Assembly: GCA_027494035.1 (NCBI GenBank)
Contig: JAOSJQ010000018.1
Coordinates: 28,920 to 92,919, forward strand
Length of the DNA stretch: 64,000 nucleotides
Origin: Anaerolineales bacterium
GTDB lineage: Bacteria; Chloroflexota; Anaerolineae; Anaerolineales; UBA4823
Direction of reading: 5' to 3'
Below are positions 9,836-18,728 of the stretch, piece after piece; positions within the stretch are counted from its first letter, which is position 1; each line of letters starts with the position of its first letter. The position numbers and the translations under genes were made by a program. The notes below the pieces were generated by a model. The model searched no databases. It worked only from the letters and a program-made list of their open reading frames with translations, and was not told the DNA's origin.

Positions 9836-11657
9836 TGTGCCCCATAGGGGCCTTTGGCTCAGAGGCTGCCTCAGTAGTAGGCGAAATCGCCTGCGTTTCA
9901 TCCGCTTGAACGCTCGTACCACCGTCCATTTGGTCACTCGTACCGCTGCCCATTCCACCGTCTCCTTGTTCGTCTTCGACCTCATACAGTGCCGCGCGCA
10001 GCACGACAAACTGATCTGCCCACGGCTTGAGCCGGAAGTCTACGATCCGCTGCGTGTCCAGGTCATACACGATTTCATCGAACAGGCTGCGCACTAAGCC
10101 CTGGCGGTCCTCATCTTCACCAACCTCCCAGAGACGCACCAGCTTATCCAGCGCTTCGGCGCACATTGCGAACTCTAACGCCAGCTTTTCGGTTTCGGTG
10201 GTACGTGCCTCCCAGTGAGCAATTTCGCGCTCATTTTGCTCAACCCGCCTGCGGTATTCTTCAGCGCTGATCACGCCATCACCAAAAAGAACAACTGCTG
10301 CCTCAATGCGCCGACGACACAGGGCAATTACTTCTTGCTTTTCCTGTTCTAAATCCTGGTCGTTTTCGTAGCGACCATTAGCCTTGTCCATCTGAATCGC
10401 CAACTCAGTCATGAGGTCGAGGGCCTCAGGACGAATGGTGAGCAGTCTTATCAGCCGCTCGAAATCTGCTTCCAGAACCTCGCAAAGAACTGACCGGTTT
10501 TGGCAACCACACTTGACGCCTGCTTTGTGCCGATAACGCATCTTCCCGTAAGTGTCGCTGCCGCCCAGAGCGCTGATCAGCCTGGGGTCTTTTTGTTCCG
10601 CTGCTCGCCGGACACAATGAGCACAATATGTGATCGCCGATAACGGGTAGAAGTGCGTTCTCCGGTTAACGCCCTCATCGGCGCGGCGAATGGTTCGCTC
10701 TTGCCGGGCGCGAGCCACCGAACGCAGCAGCTTGAGAGGGAAAACCGCCCGTTTTTCCTTGAAAGGAACTTCATCAACATTGTCAAAGCCGTCATAGGCG
10801 CGTCGGTCTTTGGCTTTCTTGTCCATGACGATTCCGCCATATTCCGGCCAGTTGGCGACCACACGGCGCACATCGTCTCGCGTAACCTCGCGTGGCTCTC
10901 CGGTACGATCACGATAAGCCCAGCCTTCCTCGTTCATTTTGTAAGCGATTTTTTCCAGGCCAAGATTACCGGTCGCATAGAGCTCGAGAGTGCGTTCCGC
11001 CGCTTCGAAAAAGCCTCGCCAGAGGGCCCCGTCTTCAGGCATTTCATCAGCAGTACCGGCGACAAATGTTCCATCTGCCAAGAGCCAGGCTCCCTCAGGG
11101 GTGGGTTGCAGATGGCCTTCGGCACCCCGAAGCGTCCCAAATGGAGGCATACCGATGCTGATACCTTTGGCCTTGCGGTAGGACACACTGTCTTTGGCTC
11201 TTTGAGAGATGTCTTCGGCGTAGTACTCGTCGATGATCGCGGTGAACTGGATAAACAGACGCCCCATCGCCGTCGAGGTGTCAACCTCACGCCCAGGGGC
11301 GGCTAGCACTAACGCTAACCCGCGCTTTTCCAGATAGTCCACCAGGTCTCCAACCCTCCACCCTTTGCGGTGAAGCCGCGAAAGATCATTGGCTACCAAG
11401 GCCACCACATCTGGATCAGCCAGACGGGCCTTCAGGGATAGCCATTCTGGTCGATTAGCTTCCTTGCGGGCTGATTTATGCCCGCCAACATCTTCATACC
11501 ATTCAGCAATCCAGCCTTTTCGCTCAATAAAGCCTTGGATGTTGGATCGCTGACGCTCCGGGCTGTTTCTGTCGTCATCATCGCGGGTGTAGGACTGGCG
11601 AACGTAACAAAGAGCAACCTTGCGCTCCGATGGTGTGAAAACCTTTTTACTGGACAT
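9819..11657 (-). CDS. large serine recombinase (integrase), C-terminally truncated at the att site in the integrated state
   Basis: Catalytic YVRQS and DLSRLHR, recombinase domain (PPFG), Zn ribbon (CAHC...CGC), coiled coil. The frame runs through the att core (PMGH) and stops 5 codons later. Confidence 0.95.
   Translation of the reverse strand: MSSKKVFTPSERKVALCYVRQSYTRDDDDRNSPERQRSNIQGFIERKGWIAEWYEDVGGHKSARKEANRPEWLSLKARLADPDVVALVANDLSRLHRKGWRVGDLVDYLEKRGLALVLAAPGREVDTSTAMGRLFIQFTAIIDEYYAEDISQRAKDSVSYRKAKGISIGMPPFGTLRGAEGHLQPTPEGAWLLADGTFVAGTADEMPEDGALWRGFFEAAERTLELYATGNLGLEKIAYKMNEEGWAYRDRTGEPREVTRDDVRRVVANWPEYGGIVMDKKAKDRRAYDGFDNVDEVPFKEKRAVFPLKLLRSVARARQERTIRRADEGVNRRTHFYPLSAITYCAHCVRRAAEQKDPRLISALGGSDTYGKMRYRHKAGVKCGCQNRSVLCEVLEADFERLIRLLTIRPEALDLMTELAIQMDKANGRYENDQDLEQEKQEVIALCRRRIEAAVVLFGDGVISAEEYRRRVEQNEREIAHWEARTTETEKLALEFAMCAEALDKLVRLWEVGEDEDRQGLVRSLFDEIVYDLDTQRIVDFRLKPWADQFVVLRAALYEVEDEQGDGGMGSGTSDQMDGGTSVQADETQAISPTTEAASEPKAPMGHNLIHP
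9836..9850. repeat. left att core, 15-bp direct repeat of the tRNA-Glu 3' end (TGTGCCCCATAGGGG)
   Basis: Exact match to 43895-43909; contains the quasi-palindrome CCCC-ATA-GGGG. Confidence 0.92.
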
Positions 11658-11898
11658 GTTTGCCTCCTCGGCTTAAATGGCGAGCTTGAATCTTGGCGAC
11701 CACCTGCATGAAGTTGGTTAAGCCTCGTGTGAAATCCGTGCCGGTATAGTCCTGGCCTTCCTGCTCGGAAAGTCGCCTGCATACTTTGTGAGCATACTGA
11801 CGGACCAGGTCGGTGTTAGGCGGAACATACTCGACGGGCCTTTCGAGTTGTTTGACTTCAGTTTCCGGTAGCAGGCATAGCTGTGGTGGCTCACGCAT
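11647..11898 (-). CDS. small hypothetical protein overlapping the integrase start (candidate directionality factor)
   Basis: Strong RBS AGAAAGGAG before MREPPQ; its stop overlaps the integrase start by 11 nt. Confidence 0.65.
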   Translation of the reverse strand: MREPPQLCLLPETEVKQLERPVEYVPPNTDLVRQYAHKVCRRLSEQEGQDYTGTDFTRGLTNFMQVVAKIQARHLSRGGKHVQ

Positions 11899-12121
11899 AT
11901 ACTCCTTTCTCTTCCCGGCCAGATAAAAAGCCGTCAATGGCTCTGGGTAGCAGCGATTGACGGCTTGGACACGCCTGTTAGAATTGCGTGTTAGCCACCT
12001 GGCTGCTACGTCAGCCGGGTTGGTTAGCCCTCAGTTGACGTTAGCGCGCCAATTGGGGGTGTTTTATTTGACTCTGGTATTCATCTATAGTATATATAAT
12101 ATAGCGCTATTCTACAACTGT

Positions 12122-12442
12122 TTAGTGCTTGTTGTAGATGGAAGCCGAACCACGTGAGTATCTTTTATGAGGTCGCTTCAGGAAACGGCAGACGGAGTAG
12201 AGGGCATGTGCCCAGATAGAGAGGGTACGTTGGCGCAGCGCAGAGCGATTAAGGTCAACCTCTACATCAGCCAAGAGAGAGGAATAATAGCGGGCCTGTC
12301 CAGCGAGTTTTTTGCGTTGAGCCCAACCAATCAGGTTTTCCAGATCATCGCGGCGATAAAGCTTATGGAAAACAGCCCAGAATTGCTGCCAATCTCGCCA
12401 CCAGTTATTTTGATTATGAATCAGCAGACTCGTTTTTGGCAT
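12122..12442 (-). CDS. hypothetical protein
   Basis: 106-aa ORF co-oriented just downstream of the XRE regulator. Confidence 0.45.
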   Translation of the reverse strand: MPKTSLLIHNQNNWWRDWQQFWAVFHKLYRRDDLENLIGWAQRKKLAGQARYYSSLLADVEVDLNRSALRQRTLSIWAHALYSVCRFLKRPHKRYSRGSASIYNKH

Positions 12443-12496
12443 ATCAACGCGAGTCTATGATCGAGGAGCGACAGAGTCAAGCAGTAAAATGGGGGA

Positions 12497-12853
12497 TTAC
12501 TCGTGATGGTGAAGGCCAATGGACTGCGCCAAAGTTCGCATGATCTCTATGGCAGAATGTTTTGCTTCAACTGTGGGCAACCGGTGAAACTCCTCCAGAA
12601 GGGAACGATCCAAGTCGTCGATACTGATTTCGCCCTCATAGAAGTAGAGCAGAGGAACTTGCAGCGCCTTCGCAAACAGTGGCAAATCCGCTGCCGAGAG
12701 TTTTCGCCGACCATTTTCATACGCTGAGATGGCCGCCTGGTCTTTGGATACCAAAGAGGCGAGATCTCCTTGAGACATGGTCAATCGCTCGCGGGCTTTG
12801 CGAATACGAACACCGAGGAGTTTTGGGTTCACGTTTTCACTCTTAAACGACAT
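12497..12853 (-). CDS. XRE-family HTH transcriptional regulator
   Basis: LGVRIRKARERLTMSQGDLASLVSKDQAAISAYENGRRK. Confidence 0.9.
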   Translation of the reverse strand: MSFKSENVNPKLLGVRIRKARERLTMSQGDLASLVSKDQAAISAYENGRRKLSAADLPLFAKALQVPLLYFYEGEISIDDLDRSLLEEFHRLPTVEAKHSAIEIMRTLAQSIGLHHHE

Positions 12854-13046
12854 AGGTTTATGGCAATTCTACAAAGAAGGGAGCGAAAGGTCTACAACAT
12901 TAACGCTATATCCAAATTCACCTTGTAATTCCAAACACATTCCTGACCGGGCAAGTTAGTCAGAAAAGGAGACGCACATGAGCGGCGGGACTGGAACTTA
13001 GGTGTTTTTAGTGGGCGACCTCGGAAAACGTGGTCGCTCACGCTTT

Positions 13047-13802
13047 TTACCACTCCCACCGAAGGATATACGCCTCGAACAACTGTGGTGAGCTAATCCT
13101 GCAAGTTACTTTCTCTCGGCCATCCGGCAGGCGATGCCGGGTTTCCGGCCCAAGCGTAGTTGAGCGGTTCTGATTTTGCTCGATCAGATACAGACGCCTC
13201 GGCGGTCGGGAACGGGGAAAGATGACACTGACCGAAAAGTCCTTCGTCGGATGGTTGATCTCCGTCTGCCATTCCTCAACCGATTTCGTGAAGCTATTCC
13301 TCAGCTTTCTGGTGATATTGAAGACCTCAATATCACCCCTTTGTTTGGCCTGACGAAGTGAAATCAGAATGTGGTAACGGTGGCCCTCACGATACCGATC
13401 AACGGCTTTGCCTGGAGAGCATTGGTAATCTGCGAAAATGTCGCCATCACCCCAAGCCTGATCCTGATAAGCGATGATGTTGTTTTGCAGGAAACGTACC
13501 CGCTGGAATTTGGAAAGAAGTGCTAGACGGCCTTTGGCGTCCTTTAACTCCAACTCTGATTCGTACTCCAGAACCTCGTATAAGCCCTGGGGTTGGCTTG
13601 GTCCGGGCAACGGAAAATATCGCATGAACAGGGTGAGCACAGTGACGAAATCAGCCCCAAACAAGGAGGTTAGCTTTTGCAGTAGATCGTGGAGCTTATC
13701 CCTCCACACCGTCTTTGACCACATATGCAGGCGCATCACCAGTATAGGAATAGAAAAAGACGGATACTGTAAGGAATGTGTGAGACTTTTGCAGCTTGGC
13801 AA
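13047..13802 (-). CDS. hypothetical protein (beta-rich); start codon uncertain
   Basis: 251-aa ORF with coding-like composition from LYEVLEYE onward. Confidence 0.6.
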   Translation of the reverse strand: MPSCKSLTHSLQYPSFSIPILVMRLHMWSKTVWRDKLHDLLQKLTSLFGADFVTVLTLFMRYFPLPGPSQPQGLYEVLEYESELELKDAKGRLALLSKFQRVRFLQNNIIAYQDQAWGDGDIFADYQCSPGKAVDRYREGHRYHILISLRQAKQRGDIEVFNITRKLRNSFTKSVEEWQTEINHPTKDFSVSVIFPRSRPPRRLYLIEQNQNRSTTLGPETRHRLPDGREKVTCRISSPQLFEAYILRWEW

Positions 13803-13832
13803 CGGTCGTGGTGTCTGCTACTCTGATCGCGC

Positions 13833-14231
13833 ATGGTGGAATCTCCCGATTCTTCCAGCGCCCATCAAGAGTTGCTCACTATCAAGGATAGTATCCTGGT
13901 TCAGTGGCAGCGCCTTCCCCCAGAACACCAAGCCAGTATGTTGCTGGTACTCATGAATAACGTGCTCAACAGCGAGTATGGCCCGTGGGCCGCTAATGCC
14001 GTTAAGCTCCTATCAACGCAACCCGAAACCCCTCCCCCCAACACATCCGCTCCGCCCATCTCCAGCGCAGATCTTGCCCGTCACACGGATCTCGCTCCGG
14101 ACGAAATTGCACTTCTCAGCGCCGAAGACCTCAAGGACATATCCGCTGCTGTTACGGCGCACCTGATCTTCGACGTATTTTGGGACGAGGTCGAGGACAT
14201 GGCGCGCCAGCGCCTTGACCAAACGCGATAA
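13833..14231 (+). CDS. hypothetical protein
   Basis: First gene of a tightly packed + strand operon. Confidence 0.6.
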   Translation: MVESPDSSSAHQELLTIKDSILVQWQRLPPEHQASMLLVLMNNVLNSEYGPWAANAVKLLSTQPETPPPNTSAPPISSADLARHTDLAPDEIALLSAEDLKDISAAVTAHLIFDVFWDEVEDMARQRLDQTR

Positions 14232-14249
14232 ACCGAACGAAAGGAGACT

Positions 14250-15002
14250 ATGGGTTGGGTTAAAAAGGAAGCGCCGACACCGTTTGATGAGGTGCCACTC
14301 GCAGGGTTGTTTTTCCTGGATGGCGATGTTCTCGCCAGGCTTTGGGGGCGTGATTGGACGGCTGGCGAAAAATTCCCAATGATCGCTTTCCCGTCTGGGG
14401 AAGAGTTCCAAATCTGGGAAAGTAGTAATCCTGAGCGGGGCGGTATTGTACACATTTTTGGTGAGATGGATCTGCCCCTCAAGGGCACGCGTGATGAAGC
14501 CTATGCTCAAGCCAGTGATGTTGGCGAGCAGTGTGGCTATATTGCTCGACAGATTGGCGAGAACCAACTGGAAGTCTGGGGCAACGACGATGATGAGCAT
14601 TTCCTGATCACCTATAACAGTGAAGCGGGTGAAATCCAGGACATTACCAAAATCAAGCCAGAAGAAAGCGCCCCTCGCCCACAAATTCCTCTCTTGCCAG
14701 ATGAAATTCGCGCCCAACTGCCACCTCTGTACAGTGGAGAAGAGCAGGGGTTGGAAGCCAGAGCGCTGGTCAAGTTCTTCACGCCAGATAGCAACTGGAC
14801 CTGGTATGCCTCCGAGTTTGATGGTGAAGATAGATTCTTCGGTCTCGTGAGTGGCTTCGAAGTCGAGCTCGGTTATTTCTCTCTATCTGAGTTGGAATCA
14901 GTCCACGGTCCATTGGGGTTGCCCATCGAGCGTGACAAGTTCTTTGAACCAACGAGCTTGCGTGAATTACAGGAACAACACCGTCGGGATCATCTACGGT
15001 AG
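14250..15002 (+). CDS. DUF2958-domain protein
   Basis: RBS AAGGAG; C-terminal KFFTPDSNWTWYASEFDGEDRFFGLVSGFEVELGYFSLSEL...IERD is the DUF2958 signature. Confidence 0.75.
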   Translation: MGWVKKEAPTPFDEVPLAGLFFLDGDVLARLWGRDWTAGEKFPMIAFPSGEEFQIWESSNPERGGIVHIFGEMDLPLKGTRDEAYAQASDVGEQCGYIARQIGENQLEVWGNDDDEHFLITYNSEAGEIQDITKIKPEESAPRPQIPLLPDEIRAQLPPLYSGEEQGLEARALVKFFTPDSNWTWYASEFDGEDRFFGLVSGFEVELGYFSLSELESVHGPLGLPIERDKFFEPTSLRELQEQHRRDHLR

Positions 15003-15011
15003 AAGGGAAGT

Positions 15012-15539
15012 ATGTCGATTCAAGATCGCGAACCGCCACGCCGCTTAACGCCAGCCGAAGAGTTCGGCCTGACCGAACACGAGCGACTCTTTGACAGGGT
15101 CAGCCATGAGCGTTTCCTGGAATTCCTGGATGATCCCAATACCAAGGTGCACCGGATAGAAGAGTCCACGAATAGTTTCGGCGAATACCTGTTTGTCACT
15201 TTCAGCCGTCCAGGAAAACAAAAGCGCATCTTCATGACGTTTTACGGCCTGGGGTACCATGAGTACCGCGAAAAGTGGATCACCGACGTGTGGAATTGGT
15301 ATCAATCAGTCAGAGGCGGGGAGCTCGAGAATGAAAACGTCCCGAGACAAGTTGCCAAACAGCAAATCGAGGAGCGTTACCATGAGATGCAAGGCTATGC
15401 CCGCCGAGACACCCAAACGCGGCGAGGTCGGATTTTTGAGTTGATCGCCGACTTCACGGATGAAGATGGAGCTTGGGCGGAAATGCAGGACCTGCCAGGC
15501 TGGCTGCTGGATGAAGAAGAAGACGAGGACTTGAGGTAG
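15012..15539 (+). CDS. hypothetical acidic protein
   Basis: 175-aa ORF with RBS, in the same operon. Confidence 0.65.
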   Translation: MSIQDREPPRRLTPAEEFGLTEHERLFDRVSHERFLEFLDDPNTKVHRIEESTNSFGEYLFVTFSRPGKQKRIFMTFYGLGYHEYREKWITDVWNWYQSVRGGELENENVPRQVAKQQIEERYHEMQGYARRDTQTRRGRIFELIADFTDEDGAWAEMQDLPGWLLDEEEDEDLR

Positions 15540-15545
15540 GGCTAT

Positions 15546-15971
15546 ATGACCAAAGAAGGAGCACCACTTCAGTTTGACATGTTCACCGGCGAGCCGGTGG
15601 ACAATCGAACCAGAAAGCAGAAAAAGCAAGATAAGGAGCGCGAACAACCTAAGCAGACTGAGATGTTTTCGCAGCGTGAAATCGCTCAATTCGGCGTAAA
15701 TCCACACCCGCTGCTGCCGTTATCGCCCAATACTAAGCTGATACTTATTTCCGAAGATCCCCGCACAGAGGAAGAAATCGAACAGGACAGACAGCGGGCG
15801 GCTCAAAAACAGACGTATGAAATGTTTGCTGAGCCTGCGTCCACCGACGAAGCAGTTCAGCCGGAAAAATCGGCTCCAGAGATGAAGATAACCCCGGATA
15901 CCACCACGCTGGCCCTGGTGCCGCGTGGGGTAGTGGCGGTAGTTATCTTCGGGTACTTCTCGCAGATTTAG
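15546..15971 (+). CDS. hypothetical protein
   Basis: 141-aa ORF in the same operon. Confidence 0.6.
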   Translation: MTKEGAPLQFDMFTGEPVDNRTRKQKKQDKEREQPKQTEMFSQREIAQFGVNPHPLLPLSPNTKLILISEDPRTEEEIEQDRQRAAQKQTYEMFAEPASTDEAVQPEKSAPEMKITPDTTTLALVPRGVVAVVIFGYFSQI

Positions 15972-16161
15972 ACGTTATAATGCCCATAGCGTGCTTGCTC
16001 CATTGCCGGTCATCAGCGTTTCTTTTTGAAAATCTGCGGGTCCGAATTTTCCACATAATTTGTCCCGAAGTCGGCAGGACAGGCACGCATGAGGTTCTTC
16101 GATCACGTCGTACATGATCACAGCCATTCCTCAGAATGTTATGTAGTGTAATAGTTGTGGC

Positions 16162-16980
16162 CTATCGCCCAAACACCCGCTTGAAGAAACCTGTCACCCG
16201 ATTAAGAAGCGAGGCTGGTTGCGGTGAAGGCTGAGGGGCCGGTTCCTTAGGGCCTGGTGCCAGGGTAGGAGGCGCATTGACCTCAGGCTTCCTTGACTCT
16301 ACTTCAGTTTCTCTCGCTGGATTTTCAGCTTGTATCCGCTCAACTGACGATGGCTTGGCGCGACTGGTAATGGCAGCTGAGATTATGCGTGGCAGAGAAC
16401 TCCAACGGTAACTTGGCAAGCGCTGGCCGGTTCGGACAGCCAGGATGTTTGACCACTCCCCAGGCTGGCAGCCGTTTCCCGCCCGAACCTTGAAGTAATA
16501 CGTCGTGAATTTTTGAAGATAACTGATGTCAACGGCGATCACACCATCGCTACTGTTCAGCAATTCGTAGCCGTGTTCCTCGGCGTTTTCGCTAGTGCTG
16601 TAGCTCACAAAGTAGCGGTCTCGGTTGCCAGAAACTGGCGCGAAATAGAGGGTCACGCTGTCAGGATGGGCGTTAATTTGGAACAAATCCGGAACGGATG
16701 ACGGTTTTTGCGCCGAGCAACCTCCCTGCGAGGATGAAGAGCCGGAGGATCTCGAAGTTGAGTCAGGTTTGTTTGAATCGCTACTGGGTTCAGGCGTTGG
16801 ACTGGAAGCTGGAACAGGAGATGGAGTTGCAGTTGCTACGGGCGTTGGACTTGGCGGCACCTCACCGACGTTATACGTGCCGACTCCGTAGCTCCCTTCG
16901 CCATAGGCCGTGGCCAACACCGATAAAGGCATAATCAAGGCTGCTAGCGAAAGAAGGAGTGACAAGACGAGTGGTTTCAT
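16162..16980 (-). CDS. secreted fibronectin type III domain protein with an N-terminal YGEGSYG motif and Pro/Ser linkers
   Basis: Sec-type signal MKPLVLSLLLSLAALIMPLSVLA; FN3-like TYYFKVRAGNGCQPGEWSN; amphipathic C-terminal tail LLNRVTGFFKRVFGR. Confidence 0.75.
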   Translation of the reverse strand: MKPLVLSLLLSLAALIMPLSVLATAYGEGSYGVGTYNVGEVPPSPTPVATATPSPVPASSPTPEPSSDSNKPDSTSRSSGSSSSQGGCSAQKPSSVPDLFQINAHPDSVTLYFAPVSGNRDRYFVSYSTSENAEEHGYELLNSSDGVIAVDISYLQKFTTYYFKVRAGNGCQPGEWSNILAVRTGQRLPSYRWSSLPRIISAAITSRAKPSSVERIQAENPARETEVESRKPEVNAPPTLAPGPKEPAPQPSPQPASLLNRVTGFFKRVFGR

Positions 16981-17051
16981 ATAGTAAGCGCTACTACTTG
17001 AAAAGCGCATGTGATACTATGCTACCAGAATTACTTTGAATATATAAATAT

Positions 17052-17225
17052 ATGTTTGGACTCGGTTTTCAAGAACTCCTCGTAATCCTCGCCATCGTGC
17101 TGGTACTTTTTGGCGGCAAGAAGCTTCCAGAGCTGTCTCGCAGTTTGGGCGAATCCTTGCGGGAAATCCGCAAAGGACTAGCTGGTGACGATGACCCAGC
17201 CAACAAAAAAGAGGATAAGAAGTAG
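17052..17225 (+). CDS. tatA: twin-arginine translocase subunit TatA (missing from the ORF track)
   Basis: Translated by hand: MFGLGFQELLVILAIVLVLFGGKKLPELSRSLGESLREIRKGL... Confidence 0.93.
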   Translation: MFGLGFQELLVILAIVLVLFGGKKLPELSRSLGESLREIRKGLAGDDDPANKKEDKK

Positions 17226-17239
17226 CTTTACCACGCCAC

Positions 17240-17977
17240 ATGACCGCCAAAGCGGGAGAACGCCAGTTATTCAGTGAGCACTTGCGAGAACTCAGGTCCC
17301 GTCTATTGTCCTGCGTGTTTTTTCTTGTGTGCGGCACAGCTGTTGGGTATTTTTGGTACGAGAATCTTCTCGATATCCTCGTTAAGCCCCTTGGTCAGCC
17401 TGTCTTTTACAGTTCACCAGCTGGTGGGTTTGACTTCATCCTTAAGCTGAGCTTGCTATTCGGCTTTGCGTTTTCCATTCCAGTGCTTGTTTACCACGCG
17501 TTCCGGTTCATCGAACCGGTTGTCCCTCAACGAGCACCAAAAAAGACCTTCTTGGTACTGGTGAGTTCCGGCGCACTCCTGATTATGGGCGTACTTTTCG
17601 CCTATTATGTTAGTCTCCCTGCGGCGCTGTATTTTCTGAGTTCGTTCACCACGGAAGGTGTGCACGCCCTCATATCCGCCAACGAATATTTCTCCTTTGT
17701 GACACGATATTTACTGGGATTTGGCCTGCTTTTTCAATTGCCTCTCGTACTGCTGGTGATCAATTCGGTGCAGCAAGTCCCCACAAAAACACTGCTAAGG
17801 CTTGAAAAGTGGGTGCTACTGTTGAGCTTTGTTATTGCCGCTGTTCTTACGCCCACCCCTGATGTGTTCAACCAGCTTCTGATGGCCGTGCCACTGATAA
17901 TCTTGTATCAGTTCAGTGTCGTTCTGGTGTGGCTCGTGAATACCAAAACCCCTCAGGCAAAAGGCAAAAAGCGTTGA
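17240..17977 (+). CDS. tatC: twin-arginine translocase subunit TatC
   Basis: FSEHLRELRSRL, about six TM helices, LGFGLLFQLP, AAVLTPTPD. Confidence 0.95.
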   Translation: MTAKAGERQLFSEHLRELRSRLLSCVFFLVCGTAVGYFWYENLLDILVKPLGQPVFYSSPAGGFDFILKLSLLFGFAFSIPVLVYHAFRFIEPVVPQRAPKKTFLVLVSSGALLIMGVLFAYYVSLPAALYFLSSFTTEGVHALISANEYFSFVTRYLLGFGLLFQLPLVLLVINSVQQVPTKTLLRLEKWVLLLSFVIAAVLTPTPDVFNQLLMAVPLIILYQFSVVLVWLVNTKTPQAKGKKR

Positions 17978-18015
17978 CGCGGATGTTATCTTTCTCTATA
18001 TTTGTTAGTATTAGT

Positions 18016-18207
18016 ATGCGCGCCAACTCTTTCAACCAATTACTCACCAAGGAACTCACTCGCCAGGAGTTTCTCCTGCACCTGGGGCTCTTGTTCCTTG
18101 CCGTCTCTGGCGTCTCCAGCTTTCTCCGAACACTTTCTGAACCCAATCTAGCAAACAAACAGCCCGCGTCCTCCCGACGATTTGGGGCAGGTCCCTATGG
18201 AGGCTAA
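18016..18207 (+). CDS. 63-aa micropeptide with a Tat-like signal (TRQEFL plus hydrophobic region) and C-terminal FGAGPYGG
   Basis: MRANSFNQLLTKELTRQEFLLHLGLLFLAVSGVSSFL...RRFGAGPYGG; lies between tatC and the next gene with a 2-nt gap. Confidence 0.7.
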   Translation: MRANSFNQLLTKELTRQEFLLHLGLLFLAVSGVSSFLRTLSEPNLANKQPASSRRFGAGPYGG

Positions 18208-18209
18208 CT

Positions 18210-18728
18210 ATGGCAAGGCTACCAACACCTAGTGGAGATGACGGTAACTGGGGCACCATCCTCAATGAGTTTCTGGAGGTAGAGCATAACGCTGATGGCA
18301 CGCATTTTGGTGCCAGCACTACCTCAAAGGGCGTCGTGGAGCTGGCTACTCAGGCAGAAGTTGACGCTGGGGCAGATGGGCAGCGGGTTGTAGTTCCCGC
18401 GACGCTCCAGGAAAAGCTCTACAGCACCCAAACTCTCGCTGATGGAGAGACCATCAACTGGGATACCTCGTTGGGAGCTTTTGCCCAAGTGACACTGGCA
18501 GGGAACAGAATCCTCGCCAACCCAGCCAATCTTATCAACGGAGCCTCATATATTTTGCTTATCAAGCAAGATGGTGAAGGTAGCCGAACCCTAACGTTTA
18601 GTGATGCGTACAAATTCCCTGATGGGACTGACCCCACCTTAAGTACCGCAGCCAATGCAGTAGACATTATTGCGTTCCTCAGTGACGGCACCAGTCTCTA
18701 TGGTTCCTTCCAAGGGAACTTTAGTTGA
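18210..18728 (+). CDS. phage tail-fibre-like adaptor protein without a signal peptide
   Basis: N-terminal ARLPTPSGDDGNWGTILNEFL; GVVELATQAE fibre-repeat-like motif; C-terminal module QDGEGSRTLTF...PTLSTAANAVDII...DGTSLYG. Confidence 0.65.
   Translation: MARLPTPSGDDGNWGTILNEFLEVEHNADGTHFGASTTSKGVVELATQAEVDAGADGQRVVVPATLQEKLYSTQTLADGETINWDTSLGAFAQVTLAGNRILANPANLINGASYILLIKQDGEGSRTLTFSDAYKFPDGTDPTLSTAANAVDIIAFLSDGTSLYGSFQGNFS

Larger units (their letters stand above)
1..9850. mobile_element. right end of a second tandem integrative element B (extends left of the window)
   Basis: Shares the att core with element A, begins with an orphan integrase HTH tail exactly as element A does, and carries defence cargo. 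Its integrase body is not in the window. Confidence 0.6.

Noticed and set aside
9836-9850. Programmed -1 frameshift joining integrase A to HTH tail B
   Set aside because: No canonical slippery heptamer or evident stimulator is present. It is not excluded, but it is unsupported.
9620-10009. 129-aa gene overlapping the integrase 3' end
   Set aside because: The part inside the integrase is an alternative-frame read-through; only the segment beyond the att core resembles the HTH tail.
12965-13000. Strong RBS followed by a 7-codon ORF (MSGGTGT)
   Set aside because: Too short to support without expression or conservation data.
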